From Lama glama (taxonomy: Eukaryota), in contig CM052822.1 in NCBI GenBank assembly GCA_028534125.1, forward strand, positions 16,740,001 to 16,804,000: a DNA stretch of 64,000 nucleotides, read 5' to 3'. The notes under the pieces were generated by a model that had not been told where the DNA came from, ran no database searches, and worked only from the letters and a program-made list of their open reading frames with translations. Below, piece after piece: positions 62,061 through 64,000 of this stretch (positions are counted from its first letter, which is position 1; the number at the start of each line of letters is the position of its first letter). The position numbers and the translations under genes are program-made.

Positions 62061-64000
62061 TCAGAATCGAACTCTTAAAGCCTGATCCTACCAAGAGCCA
62101 TCTTTAACATTCCATTAAGACTTGGGGATGAAGATACAGATCACAGAGATGTGCTTTTAAGTTCATATTTGTGAAATTCCTTGACAGAGAAGGGAGAAAA
62201 AATAATTTTCACCCCTCTCTTTTACAAAAATGAAAGGGAAACGGCAGACATACAAAAGAGTACATTAATACAAACCAGTTCTGGCTAATGTTCTCTAATT
62301 CACTGTTCTCTGAAAACAGTATTCAGTGGAAGGATTGCCTCTACATCTCTGAAAACTAATTTGCACCTCTAACATTCTCTCCAGTGAATGGGTCTTCACA
62401 GAACCCTACCAGGCAGGAGGGTGCAACGGTCACTGCACTTCTTAGAGAAAGAAGACTTACCAGACAGAACACCAGCCCCCTGCCAAAAAAAAAAAAAATC
62501 ACCAACTCCTGGCAGGAAAACTGACGTGTGTGACAACACAGATACAATCCCTACTAAATCAGCAGAGCCTAGATTAAAATTTCCCAGGTTCTTATAAGTG
62601 AAAGATAACTAAGATAGTTTTCATCTTTAAAAAAAAATACAAATGTATTTTATGTGGCTTCCTGACTTCAATGTTTGATGGGGAAGGAGATAAATTCCAG
62701 TTCATCGAGCACAGGATGGCACAAGGTTTATGGGAAAAAATAGAGCAGCGAAGGCCAGGGGAAGGAAAATGTTGAGAGTATCTGATGAGGTCACCAAAGG
62801 GGGCAGAGCAATGCAGCTGTGAAATTAGTATTCTCAACTTCCAATTAGGTCCTAACACTTTGATTATCACCCTCAACTTTTCCTCTTCCTTAGAAACTGT
62901 TGGTCACCCTGTACTTCCCAACAGTCTCTCTGCCCTTGATTCTGCAGTTTTGAGGGCTGAGTTCTCTCATCTCCTTCTAAAACACTTTTTTCAAAGAAGC
63001 TCCCTCAACCAAAGCTCCCATCAAACACTGCAACTGATGTAAAGCCTGTTTTTGATCTGCTATCTGTCTTAACAATCTCATCCGTTCCTGCCTCTCACCT
63101 ACCACTTGTGTGCTTCTAAGCAGATTTAACCTCAACGCTTTTCCACCTAGAATCTGATGCATCAACATTCCAAACTAAGCCTATTGAGGACAAAATGTTT
63201 CTGTCCTTTCATATGTAGAAATTTCACAAATTTTTACCAATCTGACTAGATCTCTGTGTTTCACCTACAGAAGTGAAACACTGAAGGCAGTCTCTCATCT
63301 GATGACACCAAAGCTAACCAATCAGCAAATATCCCAGTGTTTGGAGCTGTCTTAGGACCCAGCAGAGGATGACAGCACCTCTTCTCTTGGGAAAAATGAC
63401 ACAGGACTCTATTCTAAATTAAGAATTTCTATAGTTGAAAAAGTACCAGTATTTTTCTCATACACATTGAATAATGGAAATACACTGTACGTATTCAGCA
63501 CCAACAATTTTCTAGGCACAGGGAAAGAAAAAAAAAAAACACTAAGCAACTTATTGTATTGGAGGATATGACTATAAATGTGCCCTAAATTCTTAATGTT
63601 AGTCTCTCATTTTTCTGAAAAATAGACACAATGAAGAATAAAATCTACAAGCAGATCATTAATCAATGAAAATGACCCACCAAGCAATATTATCTGAGCC
63701 TTTAGATGCCATTTAAAAAAAAAATCCATTTACCTACAGGGGATTTTAATTTGCAGCTCATTTCCGTCCAGAGGTAAATGTTAGGGGGGCACGGTGCCTC
63801 AAGAAGGGGTCTCACGCTTGTTCGGCAAACACTGCAGTGCTGTCCAAAGGGGGCACCACAGGGGCTGAGGACATGCACCCAGGGGCCAGACTGCCTGGTT
63901 TCACACCCAGTTCTGCCTGTGACCCACCTGTGTGAGGAAATCCGAATACCTACTTCACCAGCTTGTTGGGGTGACTGGATTTGAGTGAATACCTGTAAAG

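Noticed and set aside
1-64000. CRISPR arrays, operons, prokaryotic defence systems, or an intact captured retroviral/transposase gene
   Set aside because: This is mammalian intronic DNA with no repeat-spacer arrays; the env and transposase remnants are broken by many stops and frameshifts.

Overview
Mammalian intronic/exonic DNA, very probably camelid (a vic-1-type tRNA-derived SINE at 37808-37976 plus artiodactyl-type L1 3' ends). The whole window lies inside one minus-strand gene, ELAPOR2 (KIAA1324L/EIG121L). I placed 20 coding exons, numbered 3-22 by analogy with my recollection of the human 22-exon gene. They have GT-AG boundaries and consistent phases and run from 55011 down to the stop codon at 1073-1075, followed by 3' UTR. 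Exons 1-2 lie beyond the right end, and most of exon 9 is hidden in an N gap. The introns hold many fossil mobile elements: a decayed retroviral env with PPT and an LTR40-like LTR, an apparently end-to-end 2.6 kb hAT-Charlie transposon with a readable FAM200-like transposase, an ERV1-like solo LTR next to exon 8, MaLR LTRs, Tigger/MER MITEs, and L1, L2 and MIR pieces. I see no convincing new multi-gene system. The best leads are the env-bearing LTR40 provirus remnant, a 42-47 bp inverted duplication next to it, the full-length Charlie fossil, a candidate poison micro-exon in intron 2, a triple tandem acceptor at exon 8, a perfect 23 bp palindrome, and recurrent L1 truncation points. Repeat family names come from recalled consensus sequences and need RepeatMasker/Dfam confirmation.
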